From Bacteroidales bacterium (lineage in GTDB: Bacteria; Bacteroidota; Bacteroidia; Bacteroidales; VadinHA17): DNA of 64,000 bases. The first letter of the stretch is position 1. Every line of letters starts with the position of its first letter. Positions 11,103-21,261 of this stretch are shown here, piece after piece. The translations under genes and the position numbers were made by a program. The stretch is taken from assembly GCA_035530515.1 (NCBI GenBank), contig DATKUO010000042.1:22945-86944 (forward strand), read 5' to 3'. The notes beneath the pieces are model-generated. The model did no database searches. It worked only from the letters and a program-made list of their open reading frames with translations, and was not told the DNA's origin.

Positions 11103-11103
11103 T

Positions 11104-11865
11104 ATGATATCGCACGAAATATTTAATATGATTTGCTGGATCTGGATCGCTGTTGCGGCTATATTATTTCCAATATTATTAAAAGCCACTCAACCCTATG
11201 GAAGACATTCGAATAAAAACTGGGGGCCAATGATTAACAACAGGCTGGGATGGTTTTTAATGGAGTTGCCTGCTTTGGTCATTTTTGGATATTTCCTGGG
11301 TTTTAAAGCAAATCTGTTCAACATGCTTATTCTGCTACCTGCCTTGCTCTGGGGATTACATTATACTCACCGTGTCCTTATTTACCCGCTGCAGATAAGG
11401 ACAGTCAGAAAGAAAATACCGGTTATAATTGCACTGTTTGCTTTCATATTTAATATCATGAATGGGTTTTTGAATGGCTACTGGTTTGTACATTTTGCAA
11501 TAGAATACAGATCGGGTTTATTAATTGATTTTCGCTTGACTATAGGTGTAATTTTATTTTTAACGGGCTTTGTAATTAACAAATATCATGATTCTATACT
11601 TATTAAACTCAGGTCAGTATCAGGTAATGGTTACAAAATCCCTTATAGCGGACTTTTTAAATATGTTTCCTGCCCTAATTTTCTTGGTGAAATTATTTCG
11701 TGGACAGGGTTTGCACTTGTAGCTTTTAATCTTCCTGCTCTCTCTTTTTTAATCTGGACTTTAATAAATCTTACAACACGAACTCTTGATCATCACCGAT
11801 GGTACATCAAGGAATTTCCCGAATACAGCAAGGAGAGGAAAGCCATAATTCCTTATTTATTATAA
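11104..11865 (+). CDS. 3-oxo-5-alpha-steroid 4-dehydrogenase family protein
   Basis: PYGRH, WFLMELPA, GYKIP..GLFKYVSCPNFLGEII.W and HHRWY motifs. Confidence 0.9.
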   Translation: MISHEIFNMICWIWIAVAAILFPILLKATQPYGRHSNKNWGPMINNRLGWFLMELPALVIFGYFLGFKANLFNMLILLPALLWGLHYTHRVLIYPLQIRTVRKKIPVIIALFAFIFNIMNGFLNGYWFVHFAIEYRSGLLIDFRLTIGVILFLTGFVINKYHDSILIKLRSVSGNGYKIPYSGLFKYVSCPNFLGEIISWTGFALVAFNLPALSFLIWTLINLTTRTLDHHRWYIKEFPEYSKERKAIIPYLL

Positions 11866-11866
11866 A

Positions 11867-11969
11867 TTGAGTATCGGTTATCAATAATAATCTCAAATTC
11901 ATTTAGCAGGATAGTTAATAAAAATTGATTTTCTCATTTTACACATTATTTATGATAACCGATACTCAA
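11867..11969. mobile_element. 103-bp MITE or internally deleted IS
   Basis: Perfect 17-bp TIR TTGAGTATCGGTTATCA (11867-11883 / 11953-11969), flanked by a TAAA duplication (11863-11866 / 11970-11973). Confidence 0.75.
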
Positions 11970-12125
11970 TAAACATTTTAAATCCACCAATACAATTGTA
12001 AGTCTATAACTGGCGGATTCCATACCATATTTTTTTTAGTCTATTCTTTTCACTATAACATTATATTTTGAGAAATTTATTTAATTTGGTGGTAAATACC
12101 GGACTTAACCAAAATAACAAAGACC

Positions 12126-12569
12126 ATGAAACAAAAAATGCTGTTTTTGATCCTGATATTAGTGTGATCATTGATTTTAGCTCTTGCTTTACCGAGTGTC
12201 CTCAAGTCTGTCAAACTTAAGAAACATGGAGTTTCAACTGAGAGTACAGTCCTTACTTCAAAGAGAAGAAGCAGTTCCAAAGGCTCTACTACATATGAAG
12301 TTACGGTTTCTTTTAATACTCCTGACGGGAGTGAAGCGACTGCAAAAGCACAAAAACGCAGCAGTATATCGGAGGGAGAGAAAGTAATGATCTGGTATGA
12401 CCCTGCAAAACCGCAAAAAATAGATTTTGGAGACAGTATTGGTTATAATATGAGAGGTGTTTTTATTGGCAGCTTCCTTATTCTTTTGGGTTTTTATCTT
12501 TTATTTCGCCTTATTATCAGGGATTCATCCGGTATGAAGAAGATCATATTAAATATCCTGAACGTGTAA
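12126..12569 (+). pseudogene. DUF3592-like membrane protein with nonsense codon and fused 3' end
   Basis: ATG 12126, in-frame TGA 12165-12167. TM - beta domain (GEKVMIWYDPAKPQ) - TM layout; tail runs into GH2-derived DNA near 12530. Confidence 0.65.
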
Positions 12570-13558
12570 TGGTTGGGACTGAAACGAATCCTCCCTTAGC
12601 ATTGGAAAACTATGAAATGGTTAAGAAGCATCCATACGTTATAGGGTATTTTGTCTGGACTGCGACAGATAACATTGGTGAGGCAGGGGTTGGGGCGCCT
12701 TTGCTAAAGGACATTACAGGTCCAGCAGTCCGAAACCAGCAGGGACCTCCGGCAACTAATGCACCCGGGCCTCCACCAGATATGCCGGAAATGGGATTCT
12801 TCAGACGGGATACCTGGCCTTTATTTAACAATTACCAGGGTGATATTGACCTTATTGGAAACAGAAAAGTACCTTCATATTATCAGCATGTTGTTTGGGG
12901 TAAAAGCAAAATTGAAATGTTCGTGCACCGTCCGATACCGGAAGGGAAAAAAGAGGTTACAAGCCCGTGGGGATTTCCCGATGAGCTTAAAAGCTGGAAC
13001 TGGCCGGGACAGGAAGGTAAAAAACTCCAGATACATGTTTACACCCGCTCTCAGCAGGTTAAAATTGAGCTGAATGGTAAGATTATTGGTAATCAGAATG
13101 TGGATCAGGGAAAGTCCATTACAGCTACTTTCGAGGTCCTATTTGAGGCGGGAACACTTGTTGCACGTTGTTATGATAATGGCAGGGAGACTGCATCACA
13201 GACTCTGGAAACAACAGGTAAACCTTTGGCAATAAGGCTGGTTGCTGACAGAACAAGTATCAGAGCAGACAGGAATGATCTATCATATGTGAGGGCTGAG
13301 ATAATCGATTCCAAAGGTAATATTGTACCTGATGCAGATGATATAATGGTAAACTTTGAGGTAACTGGCAATGGAAAGGTAGCAGGGGTAGGAAGTGGTA
13401 ATCCCAGAGATATGTCAAGCTTTCAACTGCCAAAGAAAAAAGCATATCAGGGAATATGTCTGGCTATAATTCGTCCTGAAATAACTCCGGGAAAAATCAG
13501 CGTCAGGGCTACTGCTGAAGGATTGAAGGAAGCTTCTCTGGCTATTTCAACTAAATGA
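12533..13558 (+). pseudogene. GH2 beta-galactosidase, C-terminal fragment
   Basis: YEEDHIKYPERVMVGTE...GYFVWTATDNIGE...GDIDLIG plus C-terminal Ig-like domains; N-terminal half absent. Confidence 0.85.
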
Positions 13559-13573
13559 ATCAGGTCATTATGC

Positions 13574-15614
13574 CTACTGCGTTGTTATCTCGACTACAGC
13601 AGCAGGAATGCCTTCTGACTCAGCAGTCACGATTATTGAACCTGCTTTTGTAAACGGTCTGATAATAGCAAGGCACTTCCCGTTATATGTCTTACATTCA
13701 GGTTTGCGAAAGCTTTTCATATCATCGGGTGCAGCGTTTCCTGAGGCCAGTAATTCTCCATCACCTGTGACAGTGAATTTAACATGGATGTCTGAATCAG
13801 GTACAAGGTTCCCGTCTTTGTCCCTTACTTCAACTGTAACATAAGCCAGATCATTTCGATCAGCATTTATCTTGATCCTGTCAGATATTAATCCCAGGGA
13901 AGCTGGTTTTCCTGCAGTTTTGAGTAGCTTAGTCGCAACCTCTTTCCCGTCAATCAACCCAACAGCTTTTAATTCGCCTGCAGAGTATGGTACATCAAAT
14001 TTGGCAGTCAGACGGGTATTGTCAGATGTTTTCTTTTGTCCTATCACCTTACCATTTAGCTCCAGACGGACTTCCTGACAACTCGAATATAAAGAAACCT
14101 GCAAACTATTTTCTTCCTCTCCGGGCCAGGTCCATCTCTGGTATTCCTGAGGCCATCCCCAGAGAGATGTACCCTCTGTTTTACCATTGGGAAGGGGAGC
14201 ATGGACAGCCATCTCCAGCTTACTCCTGTTCCATACTACATCCCTGAAAAAGGATTGAGCTTTTTTCTGCCCGATGATATCAATATCCCCGCACCATGCG
14301 TTATATCATGGCCAGGGCATAATGAATCCGGGATTTTTTTTGTCATAATATGCATGTCCAATACCCGACTCTCCAAGATAATCCATTCCGGTCCATACAA
14401 AATCACCTATTACCCATGGATATTTTTCCACCTGCTGCCAGTTTTCAAATGCTTCAATCGGGAAAGACTCCGTACCTGCCATTATTCTATCGGGGTATTT
14501 TTTATGATCGTTTTCATACTCTCTCCATACGTAATTATATCCTCCCACGTCAAGGCTGGCAAAAGCCGCTTCAGAAGCGGACCATTCCATTCCCGGATGT
14601 TCCCAGAAGAAGCAAACTGCTGCAGTTACGGGCCGGGTATTATCAAGGGACTTAACCACGTTTATCAACTGGTGGGCAATACGCTGTCCGGAGGTGTCTG
14701 CGCGTTCATAAATTTCATTTCCGATACTCCATGCAATAACGCCTGGGTGGTTGCGATCGCGAAGGATTATCGACTGACCAGAGAGATGGTTGAGAAATTG
14801 TCAGCGTCTGGTCAATCGAAAGTGTACCATCTGACCCTATCTTTACAGGTTTCTCAGTCTTATCAATTACACTGGCATCTGAATCACTGATAAAAGTAAC
14901 CAGACTGGCCTCTATGTTTTCAGAGCCACTGTTTTTCAGCTGTACTGAAATATGAATCTTTGCTGAATCCTTTGAAGTTAAATCTGTAGTAACAAAAAGA
15001 CCGTTTTCGGCCACTCTCAAAGGATTTGTAACTGTAAGCCAGACATGACGGTAGATACCTGATCCGCTGTACCAGCGACTGTTTCTTCCCGGGTTCTTTA
15101 CCTCAACAGCAATTACATTATCCTTTCCCGGGGAAAGATAATCAGTAATATCATATGAAAATGGAGTATAACCGTAATAATGATCCCCTGCCTTTTTCCC
15201 GTTAACCCACACGCTTGAAATCATATAAACACCGTCGAAGCAAAGGGAAACCTGTTTCTTACTATAAGTCTTATCTGCTATGAAATGTTTTCTGTACCAT
15301 GCAGTACCTCCTTTAACCTGACCTGTGGAACTGCCTCCTTCGCTGGTTTTGGTAAAAGGACCGATATGATCTTCATTATCGTTATCAGCAAAATTCTCAA
15401 TACTCCAATCATGAGGCAGATCGATGTTTCGCCAGCCGGAGTCGTCAAAAGATGGGTTTTCTGCTCCGGCCACACTGTCGCGCAGAAATTTCCAATCGCT
15501 ATCTAAAGGTAGATTGCGGTTCAATACGGATCCATCTTTTATATTATCAGATGAACAAGAAAAAAGTAATATGCTTAAAAATAAGGAGAGTTGAAGTACA
15601 AATTTCTTCATCAT
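13574..15614 (-). pseudogene. GH2 beta-galactosidase lipoprotein broken by an internal deletion/frameshift and a nonsense codon
   Basis: LPHDWSIE and RWYSGSGIYR. LWSVDNP is joined out of frame to LRDRNHPGVIAWSIGNE near 14765. In-frame TGA at 14306-14308 in PWP*YNAWCGD. Confidence 0.85.
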
Positions 15615-15756
15615 TTTTGGTTTTAGGAATAATTATTAAACAAAATAAGTTTTTAAGATACAATATTTTGTAAAGAGTTAAAACTTTAGAAAGGTAATTT
15701 GTCTTAAAAACATGAATAGAATTATAAATATAGGAGAGGTTTTATAAACAATTAGT

Positions 15757-16572
15757 CTATTCAATCAATCTTATCATATTAGATGGCATATTACGATTCA
15801 GAATTGATATTTGCGGATGACCGTTTAGAATAATACCCCTCTCCAGGAAGTTCTGCTGCAGGGTCTGAAGAACAATTTCGGGGGTATTATTATTTTTACT
15901 CAGATGGGCAAGACAAATATTGCTGAGATTGTCACTAATAATATCTGCCAGGAAAGCCGAGGTTTGATGATTCCCTAAATGTCCATGGTCTGATTGTATC
16001 CTTGCTTTTAAGAAATGAGGATATTTGCCATTCACCAGCATCTGTTCATCGTAATTTGACTCTATAACAAGCAAGTTAGCTGCCTGAATATAAGGTGCAG
16101 CCGTTTGGCATATATGTCCAAGGTCGGTGGCAATTGTTATTTTTTTACCTCCGGCACAAATGTGGAACCCTATGGTTTCAGGAGCATCATGACAAACCGG
16201 GAATGCTTCTATATCAAAACCTGCCAGATGGAATTTTTGCTGTAATGGAATTTCGCGGATACAGTCTTGAGTTATTTTCTTTTGCGAAGTGAGAATACTT
16301 TTCCAAATTTTAAAGGTAGTGAATGCAGGAAGATTGTCTTTTCTTGTAAGAACTTCCAATCCTCTGACATGATCTATATGATTGTGTGTTACCAGTACAC
16401 CCATAATAGTCTGCATGGATATATCCATATCCTTCAGGAATTTACGAATCGCAGTGGCTGAAATTCCGGCATCGATCAATATACCATGAAACTCATTACC
16501 TATGTAATAACAATTTCCACTACTTCCACTGCTAAGACTGCAAAAATTCAATTTCATCAATACTTTATTCAT
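15757..16572 (-). CDS. MBL-fold metallo-hydrolase (YycJ/WalJ-like)
   Basis: SLSSGSSGN, THNHIDH (HxHxDH), ATDLG, ESNYD, GHLGN and AHLS motifs. Confidence 0.9.
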   Translation of the reverse strand: MNKVLMKLNFCSLSSGSSGNCYYIGNEFHGILIDAGISATAIRKFLKDMDISMQTIMGVLVTHNHIDHVRGLEVLTRKDNLPAFTTFKIWKSILTSQKKITQDCIREIPLQQKFHLAGFDIEAFPVCHDAPETIGFHICAGGKKITIATDLGHICQTAAPYIQAANLLVIESNYDEQMLVNGKYPHFLKARIQSDHGHLGNHQTSAFLADIISDNLSNICLAHLSKNNNTPEIVLQTLQQNFLERGIILNGHPQISILNRNMPSNMIRLIE

Positions 16573-16820
16573 TGGAGTCAAAGGTATATATAAGTAAAAT
16601 GGAAAAGGCAAGTCGTCCGGCTTTTGCAGTCAAGGGCTGAATACATCAAGGAAACCCTGGCCAGGCTGGACAGGTATCTGGGGCCGGTGAGAAGATCTGG
16701 TAATAAAGTATTCACTGAGGGCATGATCCTCATTGGGAAACAGCCCAAAGAAAAAGCCACGCAACGCTATCTTTTGGACTATTTAGTCATGACATTAAGT
16801 AATTATATATGATAGATTTA

Positions 16821-16845
16821 AGCCCCCTTTAGGGGGTTTGGGGGC
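16821..16845. repeat. REP-like palindrome GCCCCCTTTAGGGGGTTTGGGGG
   Basis: Near-identical inverted copy at 58660-58685. Confidence 0.6.
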
Positions 16846-16955
16846 AAAAAATAGAGGATTACAGCCCAAAGAAAAAGCCCTGCATCCGCCTTCGGCATCT
16901 GCGGCATTTTTTATTGTTCAATCCTTACAAAAGCAAGCTTTTGACGGATTTCCAA

Positions 16956-16990
16956 TAAAAAACCCCGGTGCTTTCGCACCAGAGCTTTTT
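16956..16990 (-). terminator. Probable original tRNA-Met terminator, displaced by the integration
   Basis: A-run, then GGTGC-tttc-GCACC hairpin, directly next to the duplicated tRNA 3' end. Confidence 0.55.
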
Positions 16991-17016
16991 CTTTGTAGCG
17001 GAGGGAGCGCTAAAAA
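16989..17016. repeat. Left attachment junction (displaced tRNA 3' end) with full integrase core
   Basis: TTCTTTGTAGCGGAGGGAG (16989-17007) is identical to 29536-29554. Core is TTTGTAGCG-GAGGGAG-CGCTAAAAA (9-bp inverted half-sites, 7-bp overlap). Confidence 0.9.
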
Positions 17017-17134
17017 TACCTTGATTGTTCTATATTCATACTTTACAGAAAATTACTTAAAATATTGAAATATCAGTATGTTATGAATATTGAGTGTAAA
17101 CAAAAGTAAAGAATTGTTAATAAATAAGCGGTAA

Positions 17135-17156
17135 ATGTTTCCAATATGTTTCCAAT
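17135..17156 (+). promoter_or_regulatory. Tandem 11-bp repeat, candidate integrase arm-type sites (left end)
   Basis: ATGTTTCCAAT x2; matching pair at 29463-29484. Confidence 0.7.
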
Positions 17157-17160
17157 TGCT

Positions 17161-17168
17161 TATATTTG
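17161..17168 (+). promoter_or_regulatory. Bacteroidota -7 promoter box for the integrase
   Basis: TATATTTG matches TAnnTTTG, 117 bp upstream of the ATG and abutting the arm repeats. Confidence 0.55.
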
Positions 17169-17285
17169 CATTGTGAAAACACCGGGAAAAAATATTAATG
17201 CTTCGGATTCCGGGATCAGTAATGACCTGGGAGGTCCCTGTGACCTTCACAAATCCGAGGCATTTATTTATTAAATCTAATTGAA

Positions 17286-18710
17286 ATGGCGACAACAAAA
17301 TTACTATTGCAGGCACCGTATAAGCCAGTCCCCAAAAAGGACAAGGCAGAACACGACCCCCAGGGACAAAATGGCTTAAACGGCACGAAAACAGGCAAAA
17401 AACTTAATCCGTATGAAACCCGCTTATATTGTTTCTTAATCATCGATCGGATACGTATTATTAAAATTAAGACCGAACATGTTATTTATCCGAACCAATG
17501 GGATTTTAGTAAACAACTGAAAAAAGATAAGCTTGCAGGAGCCCCGGAGTTTAACAAGAAACTTCTGGAACTAAAAGATGAAATTTTATTGAAGTATCAG
17601 AATATTATTAAGGATTTTCCGGATCTGCCATTCTCTAAAGTTGCTGAGTTATTGAAACAATATGGCAAAGGAAAAGAAATCCCTTTTTTGAATAATGATA
17701 AAGATTTTATTCAGGTATTGGATGAGTTCATTTTATCAATGGAGGGAGAAGTTGCACCCGGTACAATCAAAAAATTTATTACTCTAAAAAAGAGTTTGCA
17801 GGAACTCGGAAAGGTTAACAAGAAATATGAAACTTTATCATTCAGCACTATTGACCACGCCTTTAAAGATGCTTTCACTAAGTATTTAAGGAACCAGGCA
17901 CCAAGAGGACGGCAGAAAACACGGCCTGAGGGCTTTCAGTATGGATTATTGAATGATACCATAGGGAAGTATATTGAATGCCTTAAAACATTTTGTAAGT
18001 GGTCTGAGGAGCGAAATTACAACCTTAATGATACCTATAAAGAATTTTCCAATTTTACAAAAGCAAACAGAAAGCGGAAAAAACAAGGCCATGATATTGT
18101 TACCCTGACATTGCAGGAACTAAAGCATTTTTACACTTTTGATTTTTCAGACAGGCCGACTTTAGACCGTGTTCGGGATCTGTTTTGTTTTGGTGCATAT
18201 ACCGGACAACGCTGGAGCGATATTGAACGGCTCGACAAACTGGAAATACATGACGACATTTGGAGTTTCAATGCTTATAAAACAAAAAAAGAAACTGAGA
18301 TTGACCTGATAGGATATGCAGCCCCAGCGCTGGATATACTGAAAAAATACGATTATCAGTTGCCAAAGATAAGCCTTCAAAAATTTAACTTATACCTGAA
18401 GGATGCTGCAAGGATTGCCGGGATTGATACTCAGGTAAAAATACGGCGCTATGTAGGCGATAAAGAAATAGAAATATCAAAGCCAAAGCATGAATATTTG
18501 GGAAGCCATACGGCTCGAAAAACGTGTGTTTCAATTTTGCTGAATAACTACAATATGAACGTTACCCATGTACTTGAAATTACCGGACATTCAGATTTAA
18601 AAACGCTGCAAAAATACATTAACAAAGATCGGAAAGCCCGGAGGGATGCAATAAGCAAAACGAAAAGTATTACAGAAGCATTGACCATCGTAAAGGAGAA
18701 AGCAGGATGA
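17286..18710 (+). CDS. int: Tyrosine integrase (Bacteroidota type: arm-binding, SAM-like and catalytic domains)
   Basis: RDLFCFGAYTGQRWSD (R), YKTK (K), HTARKT (HxxR), ITGH and LQKY (Y); N-terminal KT...IYPNQWD. Confidence 0.95.
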   Translation: MATTKLLLQAPYKPVPKKDKAEHDPQGQNGLNGTKTGKKLNPYETRLYCFLIIDRIRIIKIKTEHVIYPNQWDFSKQLKKDKLAGAPEFNKKLLELKDEILLKYQNIIKDFPDLPFSKVAELLKQYGKGKEIPFLNNDKDFIQVLDEFILSMEGEVAPGTIKKFITLKKSLQELGKVNKKYETLSFSTIDHAFKDAFTKYLRNQAPRGRQKTRPEGFQYGLLNDTIGKYIECLKTFCKWSEERNYNLNDTYKEFSNFTKANRKRKKQGHDIVTLTLQELKHFYTFDFSDRPTLDRVRDLFCFGAYTGQRWSDIERLDKLEIHDDIWSFNAYKTKKETEIDLIGYAAPALDILKKYDYQLPKISLQKFNLYLKDAARIAGIDTQVKIRRYVGDKEIEISKPKHEYLGSHTARKTCVSILLNNYNMNVTHVLEITGHSDLKTLQKYINKDRKARRDAISKTKSITEALTIVKEKAG

Positions 18711-19510
18711 AAACAGAAGATAAATATAAAGACTTTCGGGATTTGCCGGATAATTATGACGAACAGACATTAATCGAATTATTTATAAAAAGGAATTATG
18801 TTCGCCAAGGTTTTGATAACCGTGATGCAAATGATATAATTATTTCAAAGGATATTACGGAGGGGAAAATAGACGGAAAATTTATTTATAATCCAGACAA
18901 AAAAATTTCGTTCAGGGCTTCAACTCATAAGGAACGTATGATATACTGGAAAGAACTACTTACCGGGGGTTTGCAGTTCCCCGAAAACTTTGAAATTGAA
19001 CAGGCAAATTTTGAATTATCATTTCTGAATCTTTCTGAAGTTCCAAATCGTTATTTAAGAAAGAAAGTTGAAGCATATCTGGAATTATGTAAGAAGATTA
19101 TTAAAGAAAACAGGCCGGGGAAAGATGAAAAGTTTATACAAATTGAAGGATTTAATATTTCGGGATTAATTAGCGAGTTACAAAGTTGGAAATTTTTTGA
19201 TGAAAGTTACTATTATGGTTATCGTAAAGATATTCATAATTGGTTTGTTGGTGTGCCTCCTAAAAAACCGATTATTATAAACGTCCATGCTAATATTTTT
19301 ATTAGTGTCATTGCAGATCTCATAGACCAGGGATTTATAAAAAATTCTAAGAAATTCTATTGCTCCTATATAGAAAAATCCTTTTTATTTAAAGGAGGAA
19401 AGCGAAAATTTAAATATATTGATAAGGTCATGAGACCAAATGGTAAAAATCGTGTTTCAGCTCGCAATAAACAGATACCTAATATTCAAATACATAACAC
19501 GTCCGCATAG
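18707..19510 (+). CDS. Hypothetical protein between int and xis (possible regulator)
   Basis: 267-aa ORF, ATGA overlap with int; no motif recognised. Confidence 0.7.
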   Translation: MKTEDKYKDFRDLPDNYDEQTLIELFIKRNYVRQGFDNRDANDIIISKDITEGKIDGKFIYNPDKKISFRASTHKERMIYWKELLTGGLQFPENFEIEQANFELSFLNLSEVPNRYLRKKVEAYLELCKKIIKENRPGKDEKFIQIEGFNISGLISELQSWKFFDESYYYGYRKDIHNWFVGVPPKKPIIINVHANIFISVIADLIDQGFIKNSKKFYCSYIEKSFLFKGGKRKFKYIDKVMRPNGKNRVSARNKQIPNIQIHNTSA

Positions 19511-19519
19511 TCCGAAACG

Positions 19520-19527
19520 TACCTTTG
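19520..19527 (+). promoter_or_regulatory. Candidate -7 promoter box for the xis/replication operon
   Basis: TACCTTTG lying within a CGTACC direct repeat (19518-19533). Confidence 0.4.
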
Positions 19528-19583
19528 CGTACCCTATTTTACTGAAATTCAAGTAATTATATCAAATTTATTTCTGAATCTTT

Positions 19584-19874
19584 GTGAATACAATGCACGA
19601 AGGTATGGAACTAATTGTAACAACACCCGACGAGATCAGAGCGATTTTTAATGATTGCCTGAGAAATGCAAATCTTATTTCGAAACCGGACCCTCCAAAG
19701 AAACAGGAGCTGGAGCGACCTATTTCTCAGCCGGAAGCTATTGAATTTCTCGGTAAAAGCCGTCAAACCCTGATCGCATGGCGAAAGAAAGGAATCATAA
19801 GGGGACACAAATTGTCAGGCCGAATTTATTATTTAAAGAGTGAATTGCTGGCAGCAATAAAAAGTAACATATAG
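19584..19874 (+). CDS. Excisionase-like HTH (HTH_17/MerR-type) protein
   Basis: ISQPEAIEFLGKSRQTLIAWRKKGII...GRIYYLKSEL; start may be 19605. Confidence 0.88.
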   Translation: MNTMHEGMELIVTTPDEIRAIFNDCLRNANLISKPDPPKKQELERPISQPEAIEFLGKSRQTLIAWRKKGIIRGHKLSGRIYYLKSELLAAIKSNI

Positions 19875-19965
19875 CTGTTTGTCCGCTATAAAATTTGATG
19901 TAACAAACAGTAAATGAAACAGATGAAATTAAAAAGTGAAAATATTGGAAACCGACTGGAAACAA
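19868..19965 (+). repeat. Internal att-like site A
   Basis: CATATAGCT-GTTTGTC-CGCTATAAA core, 51-bp gap, then ATTGGAAACCG ACTGGAAACAA arm-like pair. Confidence 0.65.
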
Positions 19966-19978
19966 CAGGGAGGTAATC

Positions 19979-20158
19979 ATGAGCAACTTAAACAGCAAAG
20001 GTGAATTTTTTGAGGGGAAGACATTTGACTATACAACGCATTATCGAATGCCAAAGATTCGAATTAATAAGAAGCGGCGGCGGGTTGCTTATAAAGGAAT
20101 CGTGAATCAGGAGCCTGAAAAGATTGTGAAAACTGTTTTACCCTTTGATGTTTTATAG
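19979..20158 (+). CDS. 59-aa basic protein (not in ORF track), paralogue of the C-terminus of 23996..24358
   Basis: MSNLNSKGEFFEGKTFDYTTHYRMPKIRINKKRRRVAYKGIVNQEPEKIVKTVLPFDVL; GGAGG upstream; stop 2 bp before the next ATG. Confidence 0.7.
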   Translation: MSNLNSKGEFFEGKTFDYTTHYRMPKIRINKKRRRVAYKGIVNQEPEKIVKTVLPFDVL

Positions 20159-20160
20159 AT

Positions 20161-21228
20161 ATGAGCGAATTAGACACCATAACAGCAACAAAGATTAACA
20201 CCTTGCCAGAATTAAGGAGTCTGATACCTTCATTGACAATAGATGAATATGATATACTTGAAAATAGCATCAAATCAGAAGGATGCCGGGATGCTTTAAT
20301 GCTATGGGGCGAAATTCTTGTTGACGGCCACAATAGGTATGAAATATGCCAGAGGTACGGGATAGGGTTTAAAACGGCTCAAAAGTGCTTTAATAACGTC
20401 CAGGAGGCAAAAGAATGGATCATATTTAACCAGTTCGGTAGAAGGAACTTAAATAACTATCAGCGGGCAGAACTGGCCTTGAAACTTGAGGATATTTACA
20501 GTCAGAAGGCAAAAGATAGAATGTTATCCGGTAAGGAAATAGACCCTATGCAGATTTCTGCACAGGGTACAACAAGAGATGTATTATCAAAGATAGCTGG
20601 AGTTTCGCATGATACTATTGACAAGGTAAAAAAGATCGAAGCAAAAGCAACTGATGAAATTAAGCAATATTTACGAATCGGGGATCTTAGTATAAACGAG
20701 GTTCATCAACAAATTAATGGGAAGATAATCATGTCCAAATGCTTTACTGGGGACAATGAATGGTTTACGCCTGCTGAATATGTAGAGAAGTCCCGTAATG
20801 TAATGGGTAGCATAGACATTGATCCTGCAAGCAGTGATGCAGCACAACAAATTGTTAAGGCAAAACAATACTATACTGTTAATGACAATGGCCTCGATAA
20901 GAATTGGATCGGGAATATATTTTTGAACCCCCCTTATTCCTGTACAAAAATCAAAGCATTTACAGATAAAATAATCGAAGAATATAAAGCAGGCCATATA
21001 AAACAGGCCATTGTCTTAACAAACAACAACACCGATACAACTTGGTTCCATAAATTGGCTCAAATATCAACTGTCATGTGTTTTACAAAAGGCAGAATCA
21101 AATTTTATAATGGCGAAGAAATAAGTGATCCAATGTACGGCCAGGTATTTTTTTACATAGGAAATGACTCTGCAAAATTCAAAGAGTATTTTTCAGAAGT
21201 TGGACTAATAATGCAAGATGCCTCATAA
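20161..21228 (+). CDS. ParB-like N-terminal domain fused to phage Dam-type N6-adenine DNA methyltransferase
   Basis: ILVDGHNRYEIC and NQFGRRNL (ParB-like); NEWFTP, DIDPAS and FLNPPY (MTase). Confidence 0.87.
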   Translation: MSELDTITATKINTLPELRSLIPSLTIDEYDILENSIKSEGCRDALMLWGEILVDGHNRYEICQRYGIGFKTAQKCFNNVQEAKEWIIFNQFGRRNLNNYQRAELALKLEDIYSQKAKDRMLSGKEIDPMQISAQGTTRDVLSKIAGVSHDTIDKVKKIEAKATDEIKQYLRIGDLSINEVHQQINGKIIMSKCFTGDNEWFTPAEYVEKSRNVMGSIDIDPASSDAAQQIVKAKQYYTVNDNGLDKNWIGNIFLNPPYSCTKIKAFTDKIIEEYKAGHIKQAIVLTNNNTDTTWFHKLAQISTVMCFTKGRIKFYNGEEISDPMYGQVFFYIGNDSAKFKEYFSEVGLIMQDAS

Positions 21229-21261
21229 TGTTTTGAAATGATAAATTAAATTCTGCTACAA

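Noticed and set aside
12165..14308. In-frame TGA codons in the DUF3592-like and GH2 genes, suggesting TGA recoding
   Set aside because: TGA terminates intact genes here (GH28, int, MFS, GH13), and both affected genes carry other lesions. These are ordinary nonsense mutations.
16624..16812. 62-aa ORF before the left att
   Set aside because: Probably a 3' gene fragment with a TTG start; no family recognised, so no call made.
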